From a virus, in IMG/VR virus record IMGVR_UViG_3300037882_002000, positions 1 through 59,960 of that record: DNA of 59,960 bases. One strand, given 5' to 3'. A program made the position numbers and the translations under genes. Under the pieces are notes generated by a model, which saw nothing but the letters and a program-made list of their open reading frames with translations, did no database searches and was not told the origin of the DNA. This document shows, one piece after another, positions 39,853-48,996 of this stretch. Every line of letters starts with the position of its first letter. The first letter of the stretch is position 1.

Positions 39853-40281
39853 ATGGCAATCACCACATCAATGGCGACCAGCTTCAAACAGGAGCTTATG
39901 GTCGGCACGCACAATTTCACCAACACCACTGGTGATACCTTCAAAATCGCACTCTACACCAGTTCTGCCACCCTGTCTGCGGCCACCACCGCGTACTCCG
40001 CAATCAATGAAGCATCTGGTACAAACTACACGGCTGGCGGCGCAACGCTTGTAAATGCCACCCCAACCACATCTGGCACGACCGCTTACGCTGACTTCAC
40101 TGACGCGGCTTGGGCTACCAGCACGGTAACCGCGCGTGGTTGTGGTATCTATAATTCAACGGATTCCAATAAGTGGGTGTCCGCTCACGACTTCGGTGGC
40201 GATGTAAGCACCACTGCTGGTACGTTTACCATAGTATTCCCAGCTGCTGACGCAAGTAACGCTATCCTCCGAATTGCATAA
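39853..40281 (+). CDS. hypothetical structural protein (142 aa, Thr/Ala-rich, beta-rich)
   Basis: AAGGAG RBS. The composition is typical of capsid decoration or fibre proteins. Confidence 0.65.
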   Translation: MAITTSMATSFKQELMVGTHNFTNTTGDTFKIALYTSSATLSAATTAYSAINEASGTNYTAGGATLVNATPTTSGTTAYADFTDAAWATSTVTARGCGIYNSTDSNKWVSAHDFGGDVSTTAGTFTIVFPAADASNAILRIA

Positions 40282-40293
40282 AGGGGTTGGGAT

Positions 40294-42411
40294 GTGGCCG
40301 CTAGAAGCACAGAGTATAATGAGAGTTTAGGCGAAGACAGCACTACTAGCGCGACGTACCAGGATAAGGTAGCGGTTACATTCACACCGGATGCGTCAAG
40401 TGATTATTACCTGTTTTGGTCTTGCCTAATTATCGGTGGCAGTACTTCTGAGGATGTATTCACCAGGCTGTATAATAGCACTGATGCGGTAGTCTTAGCG
40501 GAGCAAAATCAGGAGCACCGAACTACCGGTGGCACGCCATATCGTACCGCGCACGGTATAGCGAAGTTTACATCCAGTGGTTCGCCTGGCTCTACAACCT
40601 TTAAGATCCAGTACGCCAGTGAGGTTGGCGGAACTAGCTCTTTTATCAAGCAAGCACGCCTTCTCATAGTCAAGGCCCACGCCGATGATGAATATGCTGA
40701 GTATCTAACGGCGGAGACAACCACCAGTAACAGTTACGTTGACACCTCGTGCGCCCTAACATTTACGCCAGCCACCACTGGCGATTACCTGATATTTTCC
40801 AGTGCTGATCTCAAGAGTAGTTCATCTGGTGACAACTACTTTCTAAAGCTTCTCGACCCCGCCGGCGCGGCTATCGGTGAGATGAGTTGCGTCAATCGTG
40901 ATGGAACAAACTTTAATCCTTGGACGACTATGGTGAGGCAAAACCTCACTAATTCGTCAAAGACTTTCAAACTCCAGTGGCATCGAACAGCCGCAGGTAC
41001 GCTCACTCTGCAAAACCAGAGGATACTCGCTCTTCGGCTAGACACCTTTGATAACGAATATTACGCGGAAGATAGGACGCGGGCGACAACTACAAGCACC
41101 TCCTACGTCACCGATGTTACTCTGACGGCAACGCCGGAAGCCAAAGAACACATCGTTTTCAATAGTGCTTTGGTGGATAACAGTACCACGTCTGTAAGCA
41201 CGGTTTACCAGTTCTATGAGGATTCCACCGGCACTGGTGAGTTTAATCATCGGGTTAACACTGGCGAAACCTCATCAGGGCAACGCGCTCTCTTTGTCGC
41301 CTATCGAAAAACCCTGCCAGCGCAGAGTATTTCATGGACGCGCCAACACCTGGTTATCACCGGCGCGACATCGGGTATTGACGAAGATGCGATCTCAGTC
41401 ATCCAAACCGAGGCTTCAGGAGGCGGCACTGATGCAACCGGCACGTGCACTGGGGTTGCAGCCACCGGCAGTCCGGGCACAGCGACGGCCAGCGCATTCT
41501 CCCAGATCACTCTAGCGGGAGTTACTGCTACTGGTGCGCCTGGGTCGGTAACTGCGACAGCTTCTTCTCAGACCACCCTCGCTGGTGTTGCTGGGTTAGG
41601 CACCGCAGGCACAGTCACAGCGGATATTATCAAGACCCCGACTGGGGTTGAGGCCACCGGCCAGGTTGGCACGCTAACCGCCACCGCCAGCAGCCAGATA
41701 ACCCTTACTGGTGTCGCTGGTACGGGTGCAGCAGGTACAACGGCGGCCACAGCTGATGCTCCAGTAGTGATATCGGGTGTCGCTGGTACGACCGCCCTCG
41801 GCACGGTTGCCCCTACCGCGTCGTCACAGCAGGCGGTTACTGGGGTTGGTGGCACGAGTGGGGTCGGAGATGTAACGACCGATGCTTCTACTGATGCGGC
41901 GATATCGGGGGTTGGTGCGGCAGGTACACCAGGCACGATACAATCTACCGCCACCGCGAATATCACTGGTACTGGTGTGTCAGGAGATGCAGGCGCTGGC
42001 ACAGTAACCGCAGATAATGGGGTGCAAGCCCTCTACTTCGGTGGTGAGAATGAGGACTATGTTTACCGCGACCCAGACGCTGAAAGACAGCTTCTATGGG
42101 ACCGCCGCGCGCAGCTTCTGGAGACACTCTCAACTACGGTTGAGGCACTGCCTGCGTCTAAGAATGAGCCTGAGATAGCCAACTTACTGGCGTTTATCCA
42201 GGATGAGGCATCCCGTCCTTTGGTGAACTTTGAGAAAGTCAACCAGGGGATCGCCGAGCTTCATGAAAGGATCGGGTTCTACAAGAAATTACGGGAAGAT
42301 GATGAAGCGGTAGCCGCGCTACTGCTGGAGGACGAACGCCAAACACGAGGTTTAATATGCCAAATCTGCCTAAAGATATCACAAAAGCTATCGCAGCAAC
42401 CAACGATGTAA
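40294..42411 (+). CDS. fibre-like structural protein (705 aa): three tandem ~125-aa domains, nine 20-22-aa repeats, coiled-coil tail
   Basis: Three internally similar domains begin TSATYQDKVAVTFTPDASSDYYLFWS, TSNSYVDTSCALTFTPATTGDYLIFSS and TSTSYVTDVTLTATPEAKEHIVFNS. They are followed by G-V-x-G-T-G-x-x-G-T-V-T-A-x-A-S-S-Q-x-T-L repeats. Confidence 0.75.
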   Translation: MAARSTEYNESLGEDSTTSATYQDKVAVTFTPDASSDYYLFWSCLIIGGSTSEDVFTRLYNSTDAVVLAEQNQEHRTTGGTPYRTAHGIAKFTSSGSPGSTTFKIQYASEVGGTSSFIKQARLLIVKAHADDEYAEYLTAETTTSNSYVDTSCALTFTPATTGDYLIFSSADLKSSSSGDNYFLKLLDPAGAAIGEMSCVNRDGTNFNPWTTMVRQNLTNSSKTFKLQWHRTAAGTLTLQNQRILALRLDTFDNEYYAEDRTRATTTSTSYVTDVTLTATPEAKEHIVFNSALVDNSTTSVSTVYQFYEDSTGTGEFNHRVNTGETSSGQRALFVAYRKTLPAQSISWTRQHLVITGATSGIDEDAISVIQTEASGGGTDATGTCTGVAATGSPGTATASAFSQITLAGVTATGAPGSVTATASSQTTLAGVAGLGTAGTVTADIIKTPTGVEATGQVGTLTATASSQITLTGVAGTGAAGTTAATADAPVVISGVAGTTALGTVAPTASSQQAVTGVGGTSGVGDVTTDASTDAAISGVGAAGTPGTIQSTATANITGTGVSGDAGAGTVTADNGVQALYFGGENEDYVYRDPDAERQLLWDRRAQLLETLSTTVEALPASKNEPEIANLLAFIQDEASRPLVNFEKVNQGIAELHERIGFYKKLREDDEAVAALLLEDERQTRGLICQICLKISQKLSQQPTM
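41452..42015 (+). repeat. about nine diverged tandem repeats of 60-66 nt (coding, 20-22 aa each)
   Basis: Successive units start GTTGCAGCCACCGGC, GTTACTGCTACTGGT, GTTGCTGGGTTAGGC, GTTGAGGCCACCGGC, GTCGCTGGTACGGGT, GTCGCTGGTACGACC, GTTGGTGGCACGAGT, GTTGGTGCGGCAGGT and GTGTCAGGAGATGCA. Confidence 0.8.
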
Positions 42412-42662
42412 GCGACTGGGTTGAGTTACAGCCTGGCGACGGCGTGCGTATCAGTATCCCAGCGGGGATCACTGGCACCGTGAACGTGGAGAGCAGTTTT
42501 GATGGTTCTACCGCTGAAGGAGTGATCGCTGCTGAGGACGGCTCAACCAACTTCGCGGCTGGCTACCAGCTTACATTCACCGCTGCCACCCGTGAATATC
42601 TCAGGGTGAAGGGTACGTTGGTGACTAGCGGTAGTGCCACGGTCAAGATCAGGAGGAATTAA
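42357..42662 (+). CDS. hypothetical structural-module protein (101 aa)
   Basis: GAGG RBS. It overlaps the 3' end of the fibre gene by 55 nt. Confidence 0.6.
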   Translation: MPNLPKDITKAIAATNDVSDWVELQPGDGVRISIPAGITGTVNVESSFDGSTAEGVIAAEDGSTNFAAGYQLTFTAATREYLRVKGTLVTSGSATVKIRRN

Positions 42663-43123
42663 TGTTAAGAAAAGGATTAATCGGTAAGGGGATTGGATTC
42701 GCTAGTGGCTATACATCGAGCAATGCCGCAGGGACTGCTTACGCGCTGACCAACACTCCTGCTGCTTTAGATTTTGGCACTACAGACCCCAGTATAGTAA
42801 TCCCTCAGGCGGGTACTTGGTTGATACTAGCCCGTGCCCGGCTTGACAATAATGCCGCCACCTTTGCTGCTGTACGAACAGCAACGCTCAAATTAAGGCG
42901 CACCAATAATACTGCTGCCGACCTAACGAATGGCAGTGTAGCCCTTTTAACGCAGATCATTACCGCGCTGACGTTCTCCATGCCCACCATTTCTTGGTGG
43001 ACTATCTACACCACCGCGAATAGTGACGATATAATCAAAATCTTTGGTGATATCTCTGTCGTCCCCACCGCCGGATCACTTGATGCGGTGGAAGCCTCAA
43101 TTATAGCGGTTCGTATAGGTTAA
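42662..43123 (+). CDS. hypothetical structural-module protein (153 aa, beta-rich)
   Basis: AGGAGG RBS. Its sequence logic resembles the repeated N-terminal domains of the 705-aa protein. Confidence 0.65.
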   Translation: MLRKGLIGKGIGFASGYTSSNAAGTAYALTNTPAALDFGTTDPSIVIPQAGTWLILARARLDNNAATFAAVRTATLKLRRTNNTAADLTNGSVALLTQIITALTFSMPTISWWTIYTTANSDDIIKIFGDISVVPTAGSLDAVEASIIAVRIG

Positions 43124-43143
43124 ACCAGCAAAGGGTATGCACT

Positions 43144-43494
43144 GTGTTCGGAATATTTAATGGTGCAGGTAACGACCCACACAAGCCGGATGTAATCAAG
43201 GTTATCCCAGCTGATCGGGAGCACATCCGAGAGATCGCTTACGAGATAACGCTTGAGGCGTTCAGGCGGCTTGACATCGCCACCGAGGAGGACTTCAAGG
43301 ATGCCCGCCGAGATCTGGAGTTCGCGCGTAAGTGGCGCACTAGGCTTGAAGTTATGACCGGGCAGATGATTAAGATCGTGTTCGCTTTCTGCTTACTGGG
43401 GCTACTGGCCTTCTGTAGCCAGGGAGTGATCAGGGAAATTAAACATGAAATATTAAGGGGTAGTGATGCAATTAGCCAACCTGCTGCTCGTTGA
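43144..43494 (+). CDS. membrane-anchored protein (116 aa, C-terminal TM helix)
   Basis: GTG start. TM helix IVFAFCLLGLLAFCSQGVI. First gene of the inserted cassette. Confidence 0.6.
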   Translation: MFGIFNGAGNDPHKPDVIKVIPADREHIREIAYEITLEAFRRLDIATEEDFKDARRDLEFARKWRTRLEVMTGQMIKIVFAFCLLGLLAFCSQGVIREIKHEILRGSDAISQPAAR

Positions 43495-43876
43495 AGATAA
43501 CGACGATGATGCAATTTTGTTCAAATACTTCTGCGACGAACACCGGATCTGCAACAAAATTACGCGCGTCAGGACAGCCGCAGAGGCGAAGGAGCGTATC
43601 GAAGAGGGCGGAGAGTACCAGTTCGTCGTGGTAGATATCAGTCTCCCAAGTAATGGCGGGTTCGACTTCATATACTGGCTGAAGAAGCAACCTAACTACG
43701 AGAACGTGTCCATCATGGTGCTGTCTGGCAGTGAGGCAGAAGCTGATGTGATGGAAGCACAGAGACTCAACGTATGCGTCTATATGTCAAAGCCGCTGGT
43801 GGTTGAGAAGTGGTGGGAGCTTATCAAGGTTTTAAAGCACCTGCATATTGGCTTAATGTTCAGAAAGGCGGCATAA
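43466..43876 (+). CDS. stand-alone CheY-like response-regulator receiver domain (136 aa)
   Basis: LLLVEDNDDDAILF (acidic pocket), FVVVDISLP (phospho-acceptor Asp), SIMVLSGS (Ser/Thr position) and YMSKP (Lys). It is colinear with single-domain receivers of the Rcp1 type as I recall them. No output domain. Confidence 0.85.
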   Translation: MQLANLLLVEDNDDDAILFKYFCDEHRICNKITRVRTAAEAKERIEEGGEYQFVVVDISLPSNGGFDFIYWLKKQPNYENVSIMVLSGSEAEADVMEAQRLNVCVYMSKPLVVEKWWELIKVLKHLHIGLMFRKAA

Positions 43877-43878
43877 TC

Positions 43879-44604
43879 ATGACGATAGATTTTTCACCGT
43901 GGAAACTTACTCTTCCGGTAGACGTAGACGGCGGTTACGACGGCGCACCGAGAGAGATAAAGCCTATTACTGATAATTTCGAGTACCCGCCGTACTTTGA
44001 TAGGGTGGTGGACGGGGTTATCTTCAGCGCGCCAGTTGACGGCGCACACACCTCCGGTTCGCTCCGGTCGCGTAGTGAACTCCGAGAACTTATTAAAGGC
44101 ACAGAAGCCGCATGGAACCCGACCACCTACAAATATAATAAGCTGGTTGGGACCGCGCAGATGCTGGAGCTGCCATCGAAGTTGGATAATAGCGGATTTT
44201 GGTCGGTTGTGATTGGGCAGATTCACGGAAAGGATAACGAGCTTTGCCGCCTGAATTACGGCACGGATGGGTCGCTGTATTATTACAACGACAAATCCGG
44301 CAGCGCGGGCAAAGAGTTGAAGTTTATTCTGAAAGACCCGGTAGGAAAACCTTCTATCATAAAACTCGGTGAAGAATTCACGTACTATATTGTCGTTGAG
44401 GCCGGGAAGTTAAAAGTATCCGCCCTCCACAACGGCGTTAAGTACAGTGCCAGCGAAGTGATAAGTTCCTACTTCAAGAAGGACAAACTATACTACAAGG
44501 CTGGTGTTTACCCTCAGTGCAGTAACCGTGCAGGTGACAGTAAGCAAGGCAAGGGACGGGCTACCGCAAAGTTCACAGATATCCGGGTGGTGCACACACA
44601 ATAA
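43879..44604 (+). CDS. polysaccharide lyase family 7 (alginate lyase) (241 aa from ATG 43879)
   Basis: SPWKLTLP, RSRSELRE, GQIHG and LYYKAGVYPQ reproduce the PL7 signatures (R-[ST]-E-L-R-E, Q-I-H, Y-F-K-A-G-x-Y-x-Q). ATG lies 2 nt after the receiver stop. Confidence 0.85.
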   Translation: MTIDFSPWKLTLPVDVDGGYDGAPREIKPITDNFEYPPYFDRVVDGVIFSAPVDGAHTSGSLRSRSELRELIKGTEAAWNPTTYKYNKLVGTAQMLELPSKLDNSGFWSVVIGQIHGKDNELCRLNYGTDGSLYYYNDKSGSAGKELKFILKDPVGKPSIIKLGEEFTYYIVVEAGKLKVSALHNGVKYSASEVISSYFKKDKLYYKAGVYPQCSNRAGDSKQGKGRATAKFTDIRVVHTQ

Positions 44605-44725
44605 CACTCTTATCAAGTTTGCTCTCCAGCGAAGCCGGAGCGAACGGTGCTGGTATTGGTACAGCCTCGTTCTCAGAACTTGATGTTTACCACCAATTAT
44701 CAATCAACAATCTAAGGAGACCACT

Positions 44726-44950
44726 ATGTTCACCACTAAAGAAGCAGCACTAACCGCCCTCGGTAGAGGTGATGGATTCGGGAAGGATGAACTCGCTGAG
44801 CACTTACTCGTGGCTGTTGGAGCAGGCACACCCACCGGCACCGCTACAGTGCCCACCTTTGTAGGCCAGATTTACGTTGATACCACCAACCACAAGATCT
44901 ACGTTGCGGAAGATATCGATGACGTAGATGGCTTCCTGATCCTCAACTAG
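44726..44950 (+). CDS. hypothetical protein (74 aa)
   Basis: TAAGGAG-N7-ATG context shared with the major structural genes. Confidence 0.65.
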   Translation: MFTTKEAALTALGRGDGFGKDELAEHLLVAVGAGTPTGTATVPTFVGQIYVDTTNHKIYVAEDIDDVDGFLILN

Positions 44951-44959
44951 GGCTGGATC

Positions 44960-45505
44960 ATGAGCGCGCAATCCCAACCACTATCAAAGCAACAGAAGAA
45001 GGCGTTACAGCTTGCGGCGAGAGTCTCACTGTACGCCAAGAAGTTCTTTATGGTGGACGGGGATGTGAAGTCGGAGGTGATCGGCATCTGTAACCCCATC
45101 CCAGAGCAATGGGTGATGGCGGAAGAGGTGCTCCGGTTACTTCACTCCAGGCGGAAGGAATGGGATGGCGGTACTTTCCGCGTCGTACTCCACCGCGTGA
45201 AGCCAGAAGTCCGCGACCCGGTAAACGGTATATGGAACCGGTATGTGCCTACCCTCATGGAGGTTCAGTTCCTCGATCGGGATGGTGATATCCAATTCCT
45301 TATCGAGTACCCGGACGACCCGGTAACCATAATGGACAATATCGGGTGCAGCCGTATCGGTGACGAGGCTGAAGAAGCCTACAATCACTGGAAGAAGTTC
45401 CACGGCACCGTCGATATCAAGCCTGAGCAGACCTACAAGGCCGCTCAGGGTGAAAAGCCCATCACTGGCATAGACGCTCCCTCCTCAATGGTGAGTGGTG
45501 CCTGA
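44960..45505 (+). CDS. hypothetical protein (181 aa)
   Basis: Operon-packed ORF. Confidence 0.65.
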   Translation: MSAQSQPLSKQQKKALQLAARVSLYAKKFFMVDGDVKSEVIGICNPIPEQWVMAEEVLRLLHSRRKEWDGGTFRVVLHRVKPEVRDPVNGIWNRYVPTLMEVQFLDRDGDIQFLIEYPDDPVTIMDNIGCSRIGDEAEEAYNHWKKFHGTVDIKPEQTYKAAQGEKPITGIDAPSSMVSGA

Positions 45506-45639
45506 TGTGGGCAATAGAATTCTTAGTGGGTGTCATCGTGATTTACGCGGTGCACCTGGGAATAGCCATAGTCTCGATAATCCTGTTCGCAGGGTTTCTT
45601 CAGACTCTTGGCTACTTGACTGCTATCGCAATTCGATAG
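45505..45639 (+). CDS. possible small membrane protein (44 aa)
   Basis: ATG overlaps the upstream TGA. My translation is MWAIEFLVGVIVIYAVHLGIAIVSIILFAGFLQTLGYLTAIAIR. Confidence 0.3.
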   Translation: MWAIEFLVGVIVIYAVHLGIAIVSIILFAGFLQTLGYLTAIAIR

Positions 45640-45750
45640 TCCTGCCGCCAAGGTAAAGGGCGTTGATCGTGGAACCTACCCACGGAAAAAGAGGTCATGC
45701 CGCCGATGTTCGGGCGTAACCGTAAATCCTAACGATAAAAGGAAACCACT

Positions 45751-46914
45751 ATGACTGATACTACAAATCAGTCCGTCCAGAGTGCTGAGGACGGAGCGCA
45801 GCCACATACTGTCGATAAGGCAGTCGAAGCAGCGGAGGCAGTAGAAGCACAAGAAGCCAACCCGACGATTAACGTAGAAGATACGTCGATCGATGATTTG
45901 GTGAAAATGGACCCGGAGAAGTTGAAGGCTTTGCTGGAGGACAAGAAGGAGGCCGCACCAGAAGGTGAGGCAGCTGATACTGTTCCAGCAGGGGCTGACA
46001 CTCAGGAAGGGGGAGAGCCTCATGGCGACACTAAGGTAACGATGATACCGAAGCCGCGCTTTGACGAAGTTCTCTCTGATCGTAACAAGCTGGCCGATAA
46101 GGTTGCTATCCTTGAAAAAGAGAAAGCATTCTTAAGCGGCGTGGCGGTGGGTGCGAAAGTGCCCGGCACACCTGATACTGCGCCTGCAACCGACCCCTTG
46201 AAAGAGGTGGATAAGAAGTTGCGGGAGCTTGATACCAGTGTGCAGGCGACGATTCTCAGTTTAACGGAGGCCTTCGACAAGGGGGATATCACTCTTACTG
46301 AGTTTAAGAAGAGGGAGTTTGACGCTAACCGGAACGCGAAGACCATTCAACACGGTCTAAAGAACCGGAGAGATAGGATTCTTTCTGATCGTAACAAGCC
46401 GTCACCAGAACAGCAGCTTCAGGATATCGAGAGCGATCCCGATCTCATTGAGGCCACAAAGGGGCTTATCCAAGCTAACCCTTGGTTTGCGAATGTACCG
46501 GACGAGAACTACGAAGAGCTGGCCCAGCTTGCTCAGATGAGACTCGTCAAGCAGGGTATCCCCATCGGAAACGATGCGGAAACCCAGTGGAACATTCGAT
46601 GGACCATGGCATCGATAGGCCAACAACTCGGTTACGATAAAGTTTATGGTGGAGGTGGTAACCCCCCATCAGCAAAACCTTCCGGTACACCTCCGGCGCA
46701 AAAACCCGGTTACACCCCAACACCGGAGCAGAAGGCCGCTAAACGCGATCTTGATAGGAATACGCCACCACCCCCTAACCTGGGCGGAGCGTCGCACCCT
46801 GTGAAGATAGATACCGCCGACCTCGACCTGGATACCATGTCAGTTGACGACCTATCGAAACTTCCAGCTGCAACCCTTCAAAGAATGGCAGAGAAGCCAG
46901 CCGCTTCCGGTTAA
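45751..46914 (+). CDS. scaffolding protein candidate (387 aa, acidic, helical, Pro-rich C-terminus)
   Basis: Immediately upstream of the major capsid gene. AAAGGA RBS. Glu/Ala/Lys-rich coiled regions. Confidence 0.6.
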   Translation: MTDTTNQSVQSAEDGAQPHTVDKAVEAAEAVEAQEANPTINVEDTSIDDLVKMDPEKLKALLEDKKEAAPEGEAADTVPAGADTQEGGEPHGDTKVTMIPKPRFDEVLSDRNKLADKVAILEKEKAFLSGVAVGAKVPGTPDTAPATDPLKEVDKKLRELDTSVQATILSLTEAFDKGDITLTEFKKREFDANRNAKTIQHGLKNRRDRILSDRNKPSPEQQLQDIESDPDLIEATKGLIQANPWFANVPDENYEELAQLAQMRLVKQGIPIGNDAETQWNIRWTMASIGQQLGYDKVYGGGGNPPSAKPSGTPPAQKPGYTPTPEQKAAKRDLDRNTPPPPNLGGASHPVKIDTADLDLDTMSVDDLSKLPAATLQRMAEKPAASG

Positions 46915-46973
46915 TCGCCCACATACCATTCCGGTGTGCGGGCAGTTTTAACTCAAATCTAAGGAGTAGAGCT

Positions 46974-48086
46974 ATGTACACCGATTTTGGTGCGCTAACT
47001 TCACAACAGAAGAAGGTTTGGTCCGCGCTTGCTTGGCAGGCCGGACGAGATCAGAGCTTCTTCCTGGGATCAAAGGGCTTCATGTCTGAAGGCCTTAAAG
47101 ATTCCTCGAAGCCGATTCACTATGTCAATGAGTTGACAGAGACCGAACGCGGCGCGAAGTGCGTTTTAACCCTCGTGCAAGACTTGCAGGGTGATGGCGT
47201 TGTTGACGACAACGACCTCGAAGGCAAAGAAGAGCAGATCACCGTCGATGATATTGAGATCCAGTTGTCTCAGCTTCGTCACGCGGTGAAGAACAAAGGT
47301 AAGTTTTCCGAACAGAAGACCGTCCTTAAGTTCCGCTCGATAGCAAAGGACAAACTCGCATACTGGATGTCATCCATTACTGACGAGATCTTGTTCCTCA
47401 CTGCTTCCGGCGTTGCTTACACGAAAGAACTGGACGGTTCGACCCGCTCTGCATCATCTGAGCTTCCACAGCTTCAGTTTGCTGCTGACGTGGCCGCGCC
47501 TTCCGCAGCCCGTAAACTCTACGGCGGCACTGCTACCGCAACCAGCAACTTGACCGCATCGGACAAGATGGCTTGGAACCTGCTGGTACGGTCGAAGGCC
47601 TATGCTGTTCGTAAGCGTATCAATCCTATCCGAATTAACGGCAAGCCTACCTACATCATCGTGATGTCGGCAGAGCAAGCCCGCGATCTGAAGTTGGATA
47701 ACGATTACAGAACCGCAGTGGCTCAGGCTGCTGAACGCGGCAAAGCAAACGAACTCTTCACCGGCGCGTTTGCAATGGTGGATGGCTTGGTGCTTTACGA
47801 GCACAACCGTGTCTACAATACCCTGGGTACTGCTACCAAGTACGGCTCAGGCAGCCTTGTAGAAGGCGCGCAGGCTCTTTTATTCGGGGCGCAGGCTCTT
47901 GGTTACGCCAAGATCAAAGACCCTGAGTGGAGTGAGTCCGATCAGCGCGACTACCAAAACCGCGTTGGTATTGGTTACGGATGCATGTTCGGCGTGATCA
48001 AGCCTCAGTTCCAGTCGATCTACGACGCGAACACCACTGAGGACTTCGCTATAATCTCCATCTACACTGCGGCAGCTGCTCAGTAA
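46974..48086 (+). CDS. major capsid protein (370 aa, HK97-fold, N4-like capsid family by pattern)
   Basis: TAAGGAG RBS and a terminator downstream. The N-terminus YTDFGALTSQQKKVWSA and the C-terminus GIGYGCMFGVIKPQF resemble N4-type capsid proteins as I recall them. Confidence 0.8.
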   Translation: MYTDFGALTSQQKKVWSALAWQAGRDQSFFLGSKGFMSEGLKDSSKPIHYVNELTETERGAKCVLTLVQDLQGDGVVDDNDLEGKEEQITVDDIEIQLSQLRHAVKNKGKFSEQKTVLKFRSIAKDKLAYWMSSITDEILFLTASGVAYTKELDGSTRSASSELPQLQFAADVAAPSAARKLYGGTATATSNLTASDKMAWNLLVRSKAYAVRKRINPIRINGKPTYIIVMSAEQARDLKLDNDYRTAVAQAAERGKANELFTGAFAMVDGLVLYEHNRVYNTLGTATKYGSGSLVEGAQALLFGAQALGYAKIKDPEWSESDQRDYQNRVGIGYGCMFGVIKPQFQSIYDANTTEDFAIISIYTAAAAQ

Positions 48087-48134
48087 GGATGGTAACTAAA
48101 TCTCCATGTACCGTTTACTGGTGGGTGGAGTTGT

Positions 48135-48175
48135 GGGGCGCGGTAACCCTTAACCGGAGAGCGCGCCCCTTTCTC
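48135..48175 (+). terminator. rho-independent terminator after the major capsid gene
   Basis: GGGGCGCG / CGCGCCCC GC-rich 8-bp stem (48135..48142 and 48162..48169), followed by TTTCTC. Confidence 0.6.
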
Positions 48176-48199
48176 AATCTCTGAATATGGAGAATTACA

Positions 48200-48982
48200 A
48201 TGGCTTTTAAAGAATACCAAATCCAACTTATTGATGCCTCCACCGGCCTCGCACTCAACCACTCTGGTTCAGTTCGAGTTACTGATATAGGCGTACCCAC
48301 CCGCGTGGTAACCTACGGGTTCACCACTGAGGCTGCGGATAGCTCCACTATTACCTTCAGTAATGGTCTGATTAAGTTCAAGACCGCTGATACAAAGAAT
48401 AGTGTTGATATCTATGGTATCACCGAGAAAGGTTATCCAATCATTCTCAAGGGTGCCAAGCCAGGCGGCAACACCAGTTACCGTATTGATGTGAACAACC
48501 GCCTTCAAACCCTCATTATCCCTTGGGATATTGTGGATAGCGATATCGCGGATGCCACTGAATTCGATACTGGCTTCGACCTCGCTACCAACCAGGTGGT
48601 ACTTTCTGCCGGTGTTGGTGTGTTGGTGGAGACTGCTGATAGCACCGAAACTATTGAGGTGGGTATTCTCTCCTCAGAGTCTGGCGGCGACGCTGACGGC
48701 TTTATTGACGTTCTGGCGCTCACAACTGCGGCGTTTGTGCTTGCGGATGTGACTGTAACTACTGGTTTAAACACCAAGTTCTTTGCTGCTTCACCAACCA
48801 AGGGTCCGCTCCTCGCTGACCACCAGGCTGGTACTGACTTAGACCAGGACGAGGGTTTGTGGCGTGAGAAGAACTATGTTTGCAACGGCACGGCAGAGTC
48901 CATCTCGTTGACCGTTACCACCGGCACCGATACTGGCGCAGGATATATCGTCCTTCCAACTTTGATTCCTAACCTCCTGTAG
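48200..48982 (+). CDS. abundant structural protein candidate (260 aa; decoration or tail component)
   Basis: GGAG RBS. The gene is bracketed by two intrinsic terminators. The composition is beta-rich and Thr/Gly/Asp-rich. Confidence 0.7.
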   Translation: MAFKEYQIQLIDASTGLALNHSGSVRVTDIGVPTRVVTYGFTTEAADSSTITFSNGLIKFKTADTKNSVDIYGITEKGYPIILKGAKPGGNTSYRIDVNNRLQTLIIPWDIVDSDIADATEFDTGFDLATNQVVLSAGVGVLVETADSTETIEVGILSSESGGDADGFIDVLALTTAAFVLADVTVTTGLNTKFFAASPTKGPLLADHQAGTDLDQDEGLWREKNYVCNGTAESISLTVTTGTDTGAGYIVLPTLIPNLL

Positions 48983-48996
48983 GGAAGGGACGCTAC

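Noticed and set aside
41452-42015. Tandem 60-66-nt repeats as a CRISPR array or a DGR template/variable repeat pair
   Set aside because: The units are contiguous with no spacers, diverged, and in frame within a 705-aa ORF, encoding a regular peptide repeat. No cas genes or reverse transcriptase occur anywhere in the genome.
46917-46950. Hairpin after the scaffold gene as a terminator
   Set aside because: The stem needs a 2-nt bulge and is short. Terminating before the capsid gene would be counter-productive. Left unannotated.
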